DNA of 64,000 nt from the human T2T-CHM13v2.0 reference genome, Homo sapiens. The stretch lies in the NCBI RefSeq assembly GCF_009914755.1, contig NC_060936.1, one strand, 5' to 3'. The notes under the pieces are model-generated. The model was given only the letters and a program-made list of their open reading frames with translations, was not told where the DNA came from and did no database searches. Positions 1 through 13,700 of this stretch are shown here, one piece after another. A program made the position numbers and the translations under genes. Position 1 is the first letter of the stretch. Every line of letters begins with the position of its first letter.

Positions 1-3000
1 GGAGGAAGATCTACCAAGCAAATGGAAAGCAAAAAAAGCAGGGGTTGCAATCCTAGTTTCTGATAAAATAGACTTTAAACCAACAAAGATCAAAAGAGAC
101 AAAGAAGGGCATTACATAATGGTAAAGGAATCAATGCAAAAAGAAGAGCTATCCTAAATATATATATGCACCCAATACAGGAGCACCCAGATTCATAAAG
201 CAAGTTCTTAGAGAACTACAAAGAGACTTAGACTCCCACACAATAAGAGTGGGAGACATTAAAACCCCACTGTCAATATTAGGCAGGTTAACGAGACAGA
301 AAATTAACAAGGATATTCAGAACTTGAACTCAGCTCTGGACCAAGTGGACCTAATAGACATCTACAGAACTCTCCATCACAAATCAACAGAATGTACATT
401 CTTCTAAGCACCACATTGCACTTAGTCTAAAATTGACCACATAATTGGAAGTAAAACACTCCTCAGCAAATGCAAAAGAATGGAAATCATAACAGTCTCT
501 CAGACCACAGTGCAAACAAATTAGAACTCAGTATTAAGAAACTCACTCAAAAGCACACAACTGCATGGAAACTGAACAACATGTTCCTGAATGACATTTT
601 GGGAAAATAACAAAATGAAGTCAGAAATAAATAAGTTATTTGAAACCAAGGAGAAGAAAGATACAATGTACCAGAACCCTTGGGACACAGCTAAAGCAGT
701 GTTTACAGGAAAATTAATCGCACTAAATGCCCACAAGGGAAAGCAGGAAAGATCTAAAATTCACACCCTAACACCACAATTGAAAGAACTTGAGAAGCAA
801 GAGCAAACAAATTCAAAAGCTAGCAGAAGACAAGAAATAACTAAGATCAGAGCAAAACTGAAGGAGATAGAAACATGAAAAACCCTTCAAAAAATCAGTG
901 AATCCAGGAGTTGGTTTTTGAAAAGATCAACAAAATAGATAGACGAGTTGCCAGACTAATAAACATGAAAAAAGAGAAGAATCAAATAGACACAATAAAA
1001 AATGATAAGGGGGATATCACCACTGATCTCACAGAAATACGAACTACCATGAGAGAATACTATAAACACCTCTACACACATAAACTAGAAAATCTAGAAG
1101 AAATGGATATATTCCTGGACAGAGGCACCCTCCCAAGTCTAAACCAGGAAGAAGTCAAATCTCTGAATAGAACAATAACATGTTCTGAAATTGAAGAAGT
1201 TATTAATAGCCTACCAACCAAAAAAAGCCCAGGACCAGATGGATTCACAGCCGAATTCTACCAGAGGTACAAAAAGGAGCTGGTACCATTCCTTCTGAAA
1301 CTATTCTAAACAATAGAAAAGAGGGACTCCTCCCTAACTCATTTTATGAGGCCAGCATCATCCTGATACCAAAACCTGGCAGACACACAACAAAAAAAGA
1401 AAATTTCAGGCCAATATCCCTGATGAATATTGGTGCGAAACTCCTCAATAAAATACTGGCAAACCGAATCCAGCAGCACATCAAAAAGCTTATCCACCAC
1501 GATCAAGTCGGCTTCATCCCTGGGATGCAAGGCTTGTTCAATATATGCACATCACTAAATGTAATCCATCACATAAACAGAACCAATGACAAAAACCACA
1601 TGATTATCTCAATAGATGCAGAAAAGGCCTTAGACAAAATTCAACACCCCTTCATGCTAAAAACTGTCAGTAAGCTAGGTAGTGACAGAATGTATCTCAA
1701 AATAATAAGAGCTATTTATGACAAACTCACAGACAATATCATGCTGAATGAACAAAAGCTGGAAGCATTCCCTTTGAAAACCAGCACAAGACAAGGATGA
1801 CCTCTCTCACCACTCCTATTCAACATAGTATTGGAAGTTCTCGCCAGGGTAATCAGACAAGAGAAAGAAAGAAAGTGTATTCAAATAGGAAGAGAGAAAG
1901 TCAGATTGTCTCTATTTGCAGATGACATGATTTTATATTTAGCAAACCCCCTTGTCTCAGCCCAAAATCTCCTTAAACTGATAAGCAACTTCAGCAAACT
2001 TTCAGGATAAAAAAATCATTGTGCAAAAATCACAAGCAATCTTATACACCAATAATAGAGAGCCAAATCATGAGTAACTTCCATTCACAATTGCTACAAA
2101 GATAATAAAATACCTAGGAATACAACTTGCAAGAGATATGAAGGACCTCTTCAAGGAGAACTACAAACCACTGCTCAAGGCAATAAGAGAGGAAACAAAG
2201 AAATGGAAAAACATTCCGTGCTCATGGATAAGAAGAATCAATATCATGAAAATGGCCATACTGCCCAAAGTAACTTATAGATTCGATGCTATCTCCATCA
2301 AGCTACCATTGATTTTCTTCACACAATTAGAAAAAAACTACTTTAAATTTCATATGGGACCAAAAAAGAGCCCATATCGCCAAGAAGAATAAAACAAAAA
2401 GAACAAAGCTGGAGGCATCAAGCTACCTGACTTCAAACTATACTACAAGGCTACAGTAACCAAAACAACATGGTACTGGTACCAAAACAGATATATAGAC
2501 CAATGGAACTGAACAAAGGCCTCAGAAATAACATCACATATCTACAGCCATCTGATCTTTGATGAACCTGACAAAAACAAGCAATAGGGAAAAGATTCCC
2601 TATTTAATAAGTGGTGTTGGAAAACTGGCTAACCATATGCAGAGAACAGAAACTGGACCCCTTCCTTACGCCTTATACAAAAATTAACTCAAGATTGATT
2701 TAAGACTTAAATGCTAGACCTAAAACCATAAAAACCCTAGAAGAAAACCTAGGCAATACCATTCAGGACATAGCCGTGGGCAAAGATTTCATGACTAAAA
2801 CACTAAAAGCAATGGCAACAAAAGCCAAAATTGACAAATGGGATCTAATTAAACTAAAGAGCTTCTGTGCAGCAAAAGAAACTATCATCAGAGTGAACAG
2901 GAAATTTACAGAATGGAAGAAAATTTTTGCAATCTATCCATCTGACAAAGGGCTAATATCCAGAATCTACAAAGAACTTTAACAAATTTACAAGACAAAA

Positions 3001-3840
3001 ACAACCCTATCAAAAAGTGGATGAAGGATATGAACAGACACTTCTCAAAAGAAGACATTTATGCACCCAGCAAACGTGAAAAAGAGCTCATCATCACTGG
3101 TTGTTAGAGAAATGCAAATCAAAAGCACAATGAGATACCATCTCATGCCAGTTAGAATGGTGATCATTAAAAAGTCAGGAAACCACAGATGCTGGAGAGG
3201 ATGTGGAGAAATAGGAGTGCTTTTACCCTGTTGGTGGGAGTGTAAATTAGTTCAACCATTGTGGAAGACAGTGTGTCAATTCCTCAGGGATCTAGAAACA
3301 GAAATACCATTTGACCCAGCAATCCCATTACTGGGTATATACCCAAAGGATTATAAATCATTCTACTATAAAGACAAATGCACATGTATGTTTATTGCAT
3401 CACTGTTTACAATAGCAAAGACTTGGAACCAACTCAAATGCCCCTCAATGATAGACTGGATGAAGAAAATGTGGCACATATACACCATGGAGTACTATGC
3501 AGCCATAAAAAACGATGAGTTCATGTCCTTTGCAGGTACATGGATGAAACCGGAAACCATCATTCTCAGCAAACTAACACAAGAACAGAAAACCAAACAC
3601 CACATGTTCTCACTCACAAGTGGGAGTTGAACAATGAGAACACATGGACACAGGGAGAGGGGCATCACACACTGGGGCCTGTTGGGGGGTGAGGGGCTAG
3701 GGGAGGGACAGTATTAGGAGAAATACCTAATGTAGATGACAGGTTGATGGGTGCAACAAACCATCATTGTGCGTGTATACCTGTGTAACAAACCGGCACA
3801 TTCTGCATATTTTTCCTAGAACTTAAAGTACAATAAAAAA
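1..3840 (+). mobile_element. LINE-1 (L1PA7/8-like), from the ORF2 endonuclease region to 3'UTR/polyA; disrupted; continues upstream of the window
   Basis: ORF2 fragments in the ORF track ([32 protein letters not shown]...CWWEC); G-rich 3'UTR and AATAAAAAA at ~3832; many stops and frameshifts. Confidence 0.95.
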
Positions 3841-3988
3841 ATTTTTTAAAAAATGCTATATATTTTTAAAAATTCATTTTAAAAATATGACCTATGTGGC
3901 TATATGAGATTAACTCTGTAATTCTAACATCATGTGATTTTAGTTTTATTAGACATAAAACACAAAGGCCTGTATGTGTTTAAAAAAA

Positions 3989-6900
3989 TTACCAGCCACT
4001 GCCAAAACACACTGAAGTGCAAAGACCAATGATAGTGTGAAGCAACTACATCAACAAGTCTGCAAAATAATCAGCTAGCATCATGATGACAGGATTAAAT
4101 TAACACATAAGGATATTAACCTTAAATGTAAATGGGCTAAATACCCCAATTAAAAGACAGAATGAAACACTGGATAAAGAGTGAAGCCCATTGGTGTCCT
4201 GTATTCAAGAGACACATCTCACATGCAAAGACAGAGGTAAGCTCAAAATAAAGAAATAGAGGAAAATTTATCAAGCAAATGAAGAACAGAAAACAGCAGG
4301 GGTTTCAATCCTGGTTTCTTACAAGACAGACTTTAAATCAACAAAAGTCAAAAAGACAAAAAAATGGGCATTACATAATGGGAAAGAGATCAATTCAACA
4401 AGAAGAGTTAACTATCCCAAATATCTATGCACCCAATACAGGAGCACGCATATTCATAAAATTGTTAGAGACCTACAAACAGACTTAAAATTCCGCACAA
4501 TAATAGAGACTTTAACACTCAAATATCAATACTAGACAGATCTTTGAGACAGAAAATTAACATGGATATTCAGGATCAAGTGGACTTGATTGATGTCTAC
4601 AGAACTCTTCACCCCAAAATAACAGAATATACATTCTTGTCAGCACCACATGGCACTTACTCTAAAATCAATATCATAATCGGAACTAAAACACTCCTCA
4701 GTAAATGTAAAAACACTGAAATCATACCAAATTCTCTCAGACCACAGTGCAATCAAATTAGAACTCGAGATTAAGAAACTCACTCAAAACCACACTACTA
4801 CACGGAAATTGAACAACCTGCTTCTGAAGAACTCCTGAGTAAATAATGAAATTAAGACAGAAATCAAGAAGTTCTTTGAAACCAATGAGAACAAAGAGAC
4901 AAGGTACCAGAATCTCTGGGATGCAGCTAAAGCAGTGTTAAAAGGGAAATTTATACCACTAAATGCCCACATCAAAAAGCTAGAAAGATCTCAAATTGAC
5001 ACTCTAATATCACAACTGAAAGAGCCACAGAACTGAGAGCAAACAAACCCAAAAGCTAGCAGAGGACAAAAAATATCCAAGATCACAGTAGAAATGGAGA
5101 TAGAAACACCAAAAATAATTCAAAAAATTAATAAATTCAGGAGGTGTTTTTTGAAAAAAAATAAACTAGATAGGTTGTTAGACTAATAAAGAAGTAAAGA
5201 GGGAATAATCAAATAGGCCCAATAAAAATAATAAAAGGTATATCACCAGTGACCCCACAGTAATAGAAAAAACCATCAGAGAATAATATAAACACCTCTA
5301 TGAAAATAAACTAGAAATTCTAGAAGAAATGGATGAATTCCTGGGCATATACGCCCTCCTAAGACTAAATCTGAAAGAAGTTGAATCCCTGAATAGACCA
5401 ATAACAAGTTCTGAATTTGAGGCAGTAATAAATAGCCTACAAACCAAAAAAGAAAGCTGAATAACAGATGCATTTAAAGCTGAATTCAAACTATTCCAGA
5501 CAATTGAAAAGGAGAGTTTCCTCCCTAACTCATTTTATGAGGCCAGAATCATCCTGATACCAAAACCTGGCAGAGACACAACAACGACAACAATAAAACT
5601 TCAGGCTAATATTTCTGATAAATATTGATGCAAAAATCATCAGTAAAATATAGGCAAAGTGAATCCAGAAGCCAAGTACTTTAAATTGTGGAAATGGTAT
5701 TTATCTTTTATTAACAGTGACTTTTTTTAAACACTAGAAGGAAATGAAGCTTTTTACACACACAAACACACACAGCCTATCCTCCACGGTTTATCCTCTA
5801 TGGTCAAGATGGCTTCATCCCTGGGATGAAAGTCTGTTTCTACATATGAACATCAGTAAATGTAATTCATCACATAAAGAGATCCAAAGACAAAAACCAC
5901 ATGATTATCTCACTAGATGCAAAAAAGGCCTTAGATAAAATTCAACATCCCTTCATGTTAAAAACTCTCAATAAACTAGGTATTGATGGAACATATGTCA
6001 AAATAAGAGCCATTTATGAAAAACCCACAGCCAATATCATACTGAATGGGTGAAATCTAGAAGCATTTCTTTTGAACTAGCACAAGACAAGTATGCCTCC
6101 TCTCACCACTCCTATTTAACATCGTATGGGAAGTTCTGACCCAATCAGGCAAGAGAACTGAATAAGATGTATTCAAATAGGAAGAGAGGAAGTCAAACTG
6201 TCTATTTGCAGATGACATAATCCTATATCTGAAAAACCCCATCGTTTTAGCCCAAAAGCTCCTTAAGCTGATAGGCAATTTTAGCAAGGTCTCAGGATAC
6301 AAAATCAATGTGCAAAAATCACAAGCATTCCTATACACCAAGAATAGACAAGCAGAGAGCAAAATCATAAACCCTCATTCAGAATTGCTATAAGAGAATA
6401 AAATACCTAGGAATACAGCTAACAAGGGAAGTGAAGGATCACTTCAAGGATAGCTACAAACCATTGCACAAGGAAATAAGAGAGGACACAAACAAATGGA
6501 AAAACATTCTATACTCACGGACAGGAAGAATCAGTAGCATGAAAATGGCCATACTGCCCAAGGTAATTTAGAGATTTAATGCTATTCCCATTAAACTACC
6601 ATTGACATTCTTCACAGAATTAGAAAAAAACTACTTTAAAATTCATATGAAACCAAAAAAAGAGTCCGTATAGCCAAGACAATCCTAAGCAAAAAAACAA
6701 AACTGGAAGCAACACACTATTTGATGTCAAAGTATATCAAGGCTATACAGTAACCCAAACAACATGGTACTGGTACAAACAGAAACACAGACCAGTGGAA
6801 CAGAATAGAGATCTCAGATATAAGACCACACATCTATGACCATCTAATCTTCGACAAACCTGACAAAACCAAGAAATGGGGAAAGGATTCCCTGTTTAAT

Positions 6901-8450
6901 AAATTGTGCTGGGAGAACTAGCTAACCATATGCAGAATATTGAAACTGGACCTCTTCCTTAAACCTTATACAAAAATTAACTCAAGATAAATTAAAGACT
7001 TAAATGTAAAACCCAAAACTATAAAAACCCTAGAAGAAAATCTAGGCAATACAATTCAGGCAATGGGCATGGGCAAAGGTTTCATGACAAAAAAAAAAAC
7101 ATTAAAAGTAATTGCAACAAAAGCAAACATTGACAAATGGAATCTAATTAAACTAAAGAGCTTCTGCACAAGAAAAGAAACTATCATCAGAGTGAAGAGA
7201 CAATCTACAGAATGGGAGAAAATTTTTGCAATCCATCCGTCTGACAAAAGTCAAATATCCGGAATCAACAAGGAACTTAAACAAATTTAAAAGAAAAAAA
7301 CAAACAACCCCATTAAAAATTGGACAAAGGAGGCTGGGTGCAGTGGCTCACACCTGTAATCCCAGCACTTTGGGAGGCTGAGGTGGGTGGATCACGAGGT
7401 CAGGAGATCGAGACCACCCTGGCTAACATGGTGAAACCCTGTCTCTACTAAAAAAAAAAAAAAAAAAAAAAATTAGCCAGGTGTGGTGGTGGGCACCTGT
7501 AGTCCCAGCTACTCAGGAGGCTGAGGCAGGAGAATGGCGTGAACCTGGGAGGTGGAGCTTGCAGTGAGCTGAGATCTCGCCACCGCACTCCACTCCAGCC
7601 TGGGCAACAGAATGAGACAAAAAAAAAAATTGGGCAAAGGACATGAACAGACACTTCTCAAAAGACTTTATGCAGCCAACAAACATGAAAAAAAATCCAA
7701 TATCACTGATCATTAGAGATATGCAAATCAAAACCACAATGAGATACCATCTCACACCAGTCAGAATGGCAATTATTAAAAAGCTGAGAAACAATAGATG
7801 CTGACAAGGCTGTGGAGAAATAGGAATGGTTAAACACTGTTGAGGAGAATGTAAATTAGTTCAACCATTGTGAAAGACTGTGTGGCAATTCCTCAAAGAC
7901 CTAGAACCAGAAATACCATTTGATCCAGCAGTCCCATTACTGGGTATATACCCAAGGGAATATAAATCATTCTATTACAAAGACACATGCTCATGTATGT
8001 TTATTGCAGCACTGTTCATAATAGCAAAGATGTAATCAACCCCAATGCCCACCAAAGATAGATTGGATAAAGAAAATGTGGTGGATATATACCATGGAAT
8101 ACTATGCCACCATAAAAATGAATGAGATTATGTCATTTGAAGGGACATGAATGGAGCTGGAAGCCATAATCCTCAGCAAACTGAAACAGGAACAGAAAAC
8201 CAAATCCCGCATGTTCTCACTGTAAGTGGGAACCGAACAATAAGCATGGGCACACAGAGGAGAACAACACACCCTGGGATCTGTCAGGGAACAGGGGAAG
8301 AGAGAGCATCAGGACAAATAACTAATCCATGTGGGGTCTAATACCTAGATGATGGGTTGATAGGTGTAGCAACCCACATGGTATGTTTGTCTATGTAACA
8401 AAACTGCATGTCCTGCACATGTATCTCAGAACTTAAAATAATTAAAAAAA
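3989..8450 (+). mobile_element. LINE-1 (about L1PA10-13), 5'-truncated at the ORF1 end, through ORF2 and 3'UTR
   Basis: taccagccactgccaaaacac ORF1 end, degraded ORF2, 3'UTR agagcatcaggacaaata..., A-tail ~8443-8450; interrupted by an Alu and a foreign insert. Confidence 0.9.
7332..7629 (+). mobile_element. AluY-like element inserted in L1
   Basis: Alu dimer with gagatcgagacc and aatggcgtgaacc diagnostics; expanded central A-run; TSD aaaaattgg(a/g)caaagga. Confidence 0.93.
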
Positions 8451-9294
8451 CATTTTCTAATATGAAATAATTAGATACAACCTAAATGCTTATCAGTATA
8501 GAACTAGTAACATATATTATGGACAAATTAATATCCTGCTACCATAAGAAAAATAAGGAGGACTTTTATTAATACAAAGATAGAGAATAGTGTTAATAGT
8601 ATGCTACTTGTGTTAAAAAAAGACAATATTATATACTTAATTAAAATACATATTATATTTCTGGATAAGGGGACAATGGTTAAAGAAAAAATCTTTGCTT
8701 TTTTTAAATTTACATTTCAACTGCATGCATTTTCTCTTGAAAAAGAAATGAACAACATCAAAATAAAACAAGATCATCATGGTGTCAAGGTCAAGCATCA
8801 CCAGAATTGCTCTAAGAGGTACTTGGAGCACACTTTGTGTGCTTTAACAAATCCAAATTCTATCTGTTTTTTTAGTCTGATTCCAGAGGTATTTCCTTTA
8901 TAAAACTCTCTGAGGTTATTCTAAATTAATTCTTTACATTATTTTTCTACCTATTTTGAGTATCTTCTATGCGCAAGGGACTAATTGGCACTTTTTAAAA
9001 CTATTAAATGTTTGTTCATGTAATCTAGTGTGTGATTCTATGTTACTTACTTGTTCAAACTTATCTCCATAAATTTATTTCTCTATTTAATTATTATGCT
9101 CTTAGGCTCAGAGTTTGTGTCTCTCTTTTCTCCTTTTGTGTCCAGCATTGACCTAGCCCAATAGTCAGACCATAGTAGACCCTGAATTAATATTAGTGAA
9201 TGGCTGATTGATTGATGATGACCTTGTGGCTTTTCTTATTTCTAAATTATATATTGTAAAAATAAAATAAATTATAGTTTTTCATGCTGAATAA

Positions 9295-9442
9295 GTGATT
9301 GTTTCAAAGTAGGCAACAAAAACAATTAAAAACATTCATTGACATCTGTAGTTCAAATATGGACTAAAATCAACATTTGAATAAGACAGCAGAGGCACAA
9401 TCTTGAGAGAATAAGAAAACAAGACACTGTGATGGGTTCAAG
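9295..9442 (+). pseudogene. SLCO1B7: Inactivated first coding exon (SLCO1B1 exon-2 equivalent) of SLCO1B7
   Basis: ATG 9359 to AAG 9442 is 84 nt: MD*NQHLNKTAEAQS*ENKKTRHCDGFK vs OATP1B1 MDQNQHLNKTAEAQPSENKKTRYCNGLK (recalled). TAA 9365-9367, TGA 9404-9406; GT donor at 9443; 5'UTR part gtgattgtttcaaa resembles the paralogues. Confidence 0.9.
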
Positions 9443-9909
9443 GTGAAAAGTTTTGTGTTTTTGAAATAAAATAAGTAGATGGGGAACTTTATAGATAGGC
9501 AAGTTGTTAGAAAGAACATTATATTTCAAATTATAATTTTAATGGGAGCATATATTAAAATATTAATGAAATGATCCATATCTTGAATTAAATCAGTCTT
9601 TTAATCTGATAAAGAATTTATTTGGTGAAATTTTTGATGCTTTGTAGTTTATCAATGTGAAAAATTTAGAAATATTTTGATAGCTTGTCTTTGGTTTTTG
9701 GATAGATCAAATGAGACTTATGAATGTGATTAAACTAAAAAATGTGCAAGGAATAATATGTTAAAAATACTTAGAATTAACCTATAAACATAGAATATTA
9801 ATGTTTTGCCAAAATTACATTCTGATACTGACCTATTTAAATATTCCTTTAAAAAAACCCAGTATTTTAAATAATTCTGATAAGTAATTTAGGCTGATGA
9901 AAGAGAGAT

Positions 9910-10190
9910 CTATAATAGTCAAAAGACCTGGGACAAAAATCTAATTGATAATGTAGAAAAGCCACTTAATTTTTCCATTTACAAGTTGGTAAATGTAATA
10001 ATTCTGCGTTTTGCTTTTGACACGAAACTGTGAGGTATTAAATTGTACTGGTAGTTTTATAAACAGGAGCAAGTACTCCTAAGCACAGTGCTAAATGGGG
10101 AAGCCAATGCTCAGCCAATTTGAGAAATTTGCCTGAAGTAACCTACATTGTGAATTGAAAACCCTGGAACCGAAGTCAAAGCCTTTAAAT
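9910..10190. mobile_element. Highly degraded MIR-like remnants
   Basis: Weak MIR core-like motifs (cacttaatttttccatttacaa...tgtgaggtattaaa; aatttgcctgaagtaacc). Confidence 0.4.
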
Positions 10191-10203
10191 CTCCATAGGA
10201 GAG

Positions 10204-10241
10204 TCTTGAGGAAATCAAGAAATTAGTTGATTTCCTCAAGA
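10204..10241. repeat. Perfect 15-bp inverted repeat with 8-nt loop
   Basis: tcttgaggaaatcaa (10204-10218) / ttgatttcctcaaga (10227-10241). Confidence 0.95.
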
Positions 10242-10306
10242 TATATATTTTTATTTAGTCACATTTGTAGTCCTATCTAGTTTAATAAAGACCACAGAGA
10301 TTGGAT

Positions 10307-10742
10307 AGTAAACCAAAAAGTACCTGAGGCCGAGTCTCAATCAATTTAGAAATTTACCTTACCCAGGTTAAGGATGCACCTGGGAGACAGACCTGGGCAT
10401 TTCTCCAAAGATGATTTTGAGGGCTTCAAGATTTAAAGGAGAAAAGCAGGCTGGACGGAAAAGTGGGAATGTATGGTCACATTACTGAATCCACGTGTTG
10501 CCACAGAAAAAGCAGGTAAGGGAATAGTCAATCATTTATTTGCCTTGGGCTCAGTAAATTGGCACTTTACACAAAGTAAGGTAAACATAGAGTAGCTACC
10601 TGTGGAAATATTTAACCTTTTATCTGTAGCTGTATGCTTAGGAACAAAAGGAAGACTACTTCTTGCAGGACTCAGCTTTTAGTTTAATTTTGTTTCTGCG
10701 GGCATAGTGAATTGGAGTCCCAAGTTTTTATTTTTCTTTATG
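10307..10742 (-). mobile_element. ERV1 MER4-group LTR (MER83-like), 3' LTR
   Basis: gtaaaccaaaaagta...tctcaatcaatttagaa end typical of the MER4 group; purine tract on the minus strand immediately adjacent (10743-10760). Confidence 0.75.
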
Positions 10743-13700
10743 TTTCTGCTCCCTTTTCTGTAAACAAATATAAAAAAAGCATTTTAGAAGAAAAAATAGG
10801 AGGAGGAAGAGAGAAAAAAACAACAAAGAAATAACAAAATGGAGAACAATCTTGGTAAACTGATATAGACAATATTACTCTGAAGTCTATTGTCAGTAGG
10901 CAATTAGAAGGTGATTTATGTCTATAAATAGGGTCTTGTTATTGTCTTCTGAAGTTTAAGTTGTCTAGTTTGCATCCACAGGGCTTTAATAGAAATCACA
11001 GCTTAATATTTAGTAATTTCAAATTGGAAACATGAGAGAAAAAAGAAAAATAAAGAGGGAAAACAATTAAAAACATTATTTTGGAGACTTGTAGCAAGAA
11101 ATAATTTTAAAATTTAGTCCAAATTGTAGAAAATAATAAAAATGGATAAACCTCAGGGAAGAATAGAATAGAACAACAGGCATACTATAGTTTATAAACA
11201 AATAATTTTTCTCTCTTCAATTCTCCAGTTTTATTAAAGACAAAATTATAGTAGGACCAATTTATTTGTAAAATAACTTTTAGTACTATTACACTTGGTT
11301 TGATTATTTGCATAAAGTGCAACAAGAATAATCATTTGGCATATAGGCTGTGTCTCTTTTTTTGTAAAATTGGCTTTGCTGGAATCTTTTTCACAAGGAA
11401 TCTAAGATTAGACTTTTGTAAAATCTTGAAGCCTAGCCAAGGATTTCTCTGTGCCTGCAAATAGCTGTGTGAATTCTTCTCTTTCTGAGGTCCCAAGGAA
11501 ACTTGGGGTTCCCAGGCCTGTCAGAAAGTTACATTCTTTAATTACCACAGATCATGACCCTGTAAAGAACAAGGTATGGGGCTAGTTTATACAAGGGGCT
11601 TTCATTGGCTCCATAGATCAGCCTCATTTTCTCAAGGCAATCTGAAAATATTATTTCAGTGAAAGCCTTGATAAAATAACCATCTTCAGTTATTCCCAGT
11701 AATAAAAGAAAACAGATTCTCAGTAAATATATGCAAATATCCTCATAAATTAAGGATACTTACATAATAGTTTCCAAATTTTGGAGTAACCAAGTTTAGA
11801 GAAAGGAATTACATTCTAAATTTTGTTCTTAAGAGTATACTTTACTAAACTGTTAAAGCTGTAAGTAGCTTAAAAGGAAAGTTTTCCTGACTCTGAAAAA
11901 TAAAACAAAAACAATCAGCAAATATTTTAAAGAAAAATCATAAATGATTATTTCAGTCTTCTATTATTTTTGTTCATGCAATTAACTCCATGTTCCATTC
12001 AATATTGGATCACCAAACTTTATGAATACATCAGTTTTCCATGAAAGTCCTGGAAATTTTTCTATTTCAATGGCACAATATCTAAATTTGTTAGAAACCT
12101 ATATTTAAGAACAGTCCTCAGAGTTCTATAGCTGATTATAAACTGTCCTATAAAAGAATGAAAATAAAACAGTTGTGGATGACAAAAGTCTTAGAACAGC
12201 CATGGTTAGAGACAAAATTGACAAATAAATTTGATTACCTTTGTGGCATACAGCAATTTTACATAATAATCATAATGACTACTGATAACACTAAGACATA
12301 TCAGAATCACAGGAATATCACACATTTTTGGAACACATTCTAATAACACATTTATAGAAATATAATATAATTCAATGAAGGTTAAACACCATTTCTTATT
12401 TGACAATGTTTTCTGTATAACTTTATTATATCAAACAAGCCAAATATATCTCTTCTGGACTTCAGGAGACCTAATATCAATAAACTGATGAAGTCAAAAG
12501 TACTAATTTTAGAATTTGATTTTGGAAAGTCTGTCAAATATCAAAAGTTTAAAATACTTAATATCACAAAATAGGATCTCAAGTTATTGTAAAATGAGTC
12601 ATTCATTTAGCCAAACTGATAACTCAAAGATCTAAAAAATAAAGGCAAAAATCTTTATTGTTTAACTAAGAAGACTTAATTTCCCAAACAATAAGACCTG
12701 CTAAAGACAGCATGAGACCAATTAAATGTGTTTCTCAAGTCTTATAAACAAATCTATTAAATTTTAATCATGTTGACCATAAGAAATAATTTTCATACAC
12801 TTTTTTATAATGTTCTAATTTTTTTGTATTAAAAAATGAGTTAATGTCCCAAGAAACTTGTTATAACAAATCAGACACATGGGCCCTGATGCAGGTCTTT
12901 CATCAGTGTGCCTGTAATATTAATGTTTAATTTATACAGAAACTCTGAACTAAGTTTATCTCTCTCAAAATTGACCCTTACAATCTCACACACCCATGTC
13001 TTCTGTGACAGTTCCTGAGCCCAGAGGTGTTTAACAGCTTTAATTTCTGGCCCTATGTCTAATGAATGCAGTTAATTTTGATTGTCATCTTTTCCTGCAT
13101 CTGAAGATGAAGGTTTAACTGCTGTTAGGGTTTAAAATTTAGCAGGACTTGGTGTCCCTTTTAGACCCAGAATTAAAAGCCCTGCTACTTAACAGAATAA
13201 GGACTTAAAAAAAAATACAGGAAGTTACATGGATGTAACCACCTTAATTAAAAAAAAAATCTGTTTTTCTAAAAGTCAAAACTTAATGACATAGGCATTT
13301 TTTAAATAAAATGTAAAATCTGTTTGTTAGGTCAGTTACCAAAAGACAAAAAGTAAATAAATAAGTAAATAAATAAATGAAAGACCTTCTGCAGTATGCT
13401 TGCCTTTCCCTATGAGGAGTCCATTTAAAAAACCTGCAAGTCAACCAATGTAAACTGTACTTGAATTACTTAGACATAGAAAGAATGTGTCCTGTGTCAT
13501 AAATGAAAATTTTTTGTTTCATAGAACAATTTAAAGCCAAGAGCACAGAATGTTAGATTAAAAGAAAACATTTCATTTACACATTTTTTAGCATTGGGCC
13601 ACAATAGCAGTAGAATCTGAGGGAAAAAAATTACAGAAGCTGATAAAACTTGAAGAAGACAGTTATCTCAGTCCTTCTTAAAGGGAAGAGAAAACTGAAA

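Noticed and set aside
8451-9294. SLCO1B-type promoter or non-coding exon 1 with an HNF1 site
   Set aside because: No recognisable match; the sequence looks like intron with L1M/L2 remnants, and any exon 1 would lie upstream of the window.
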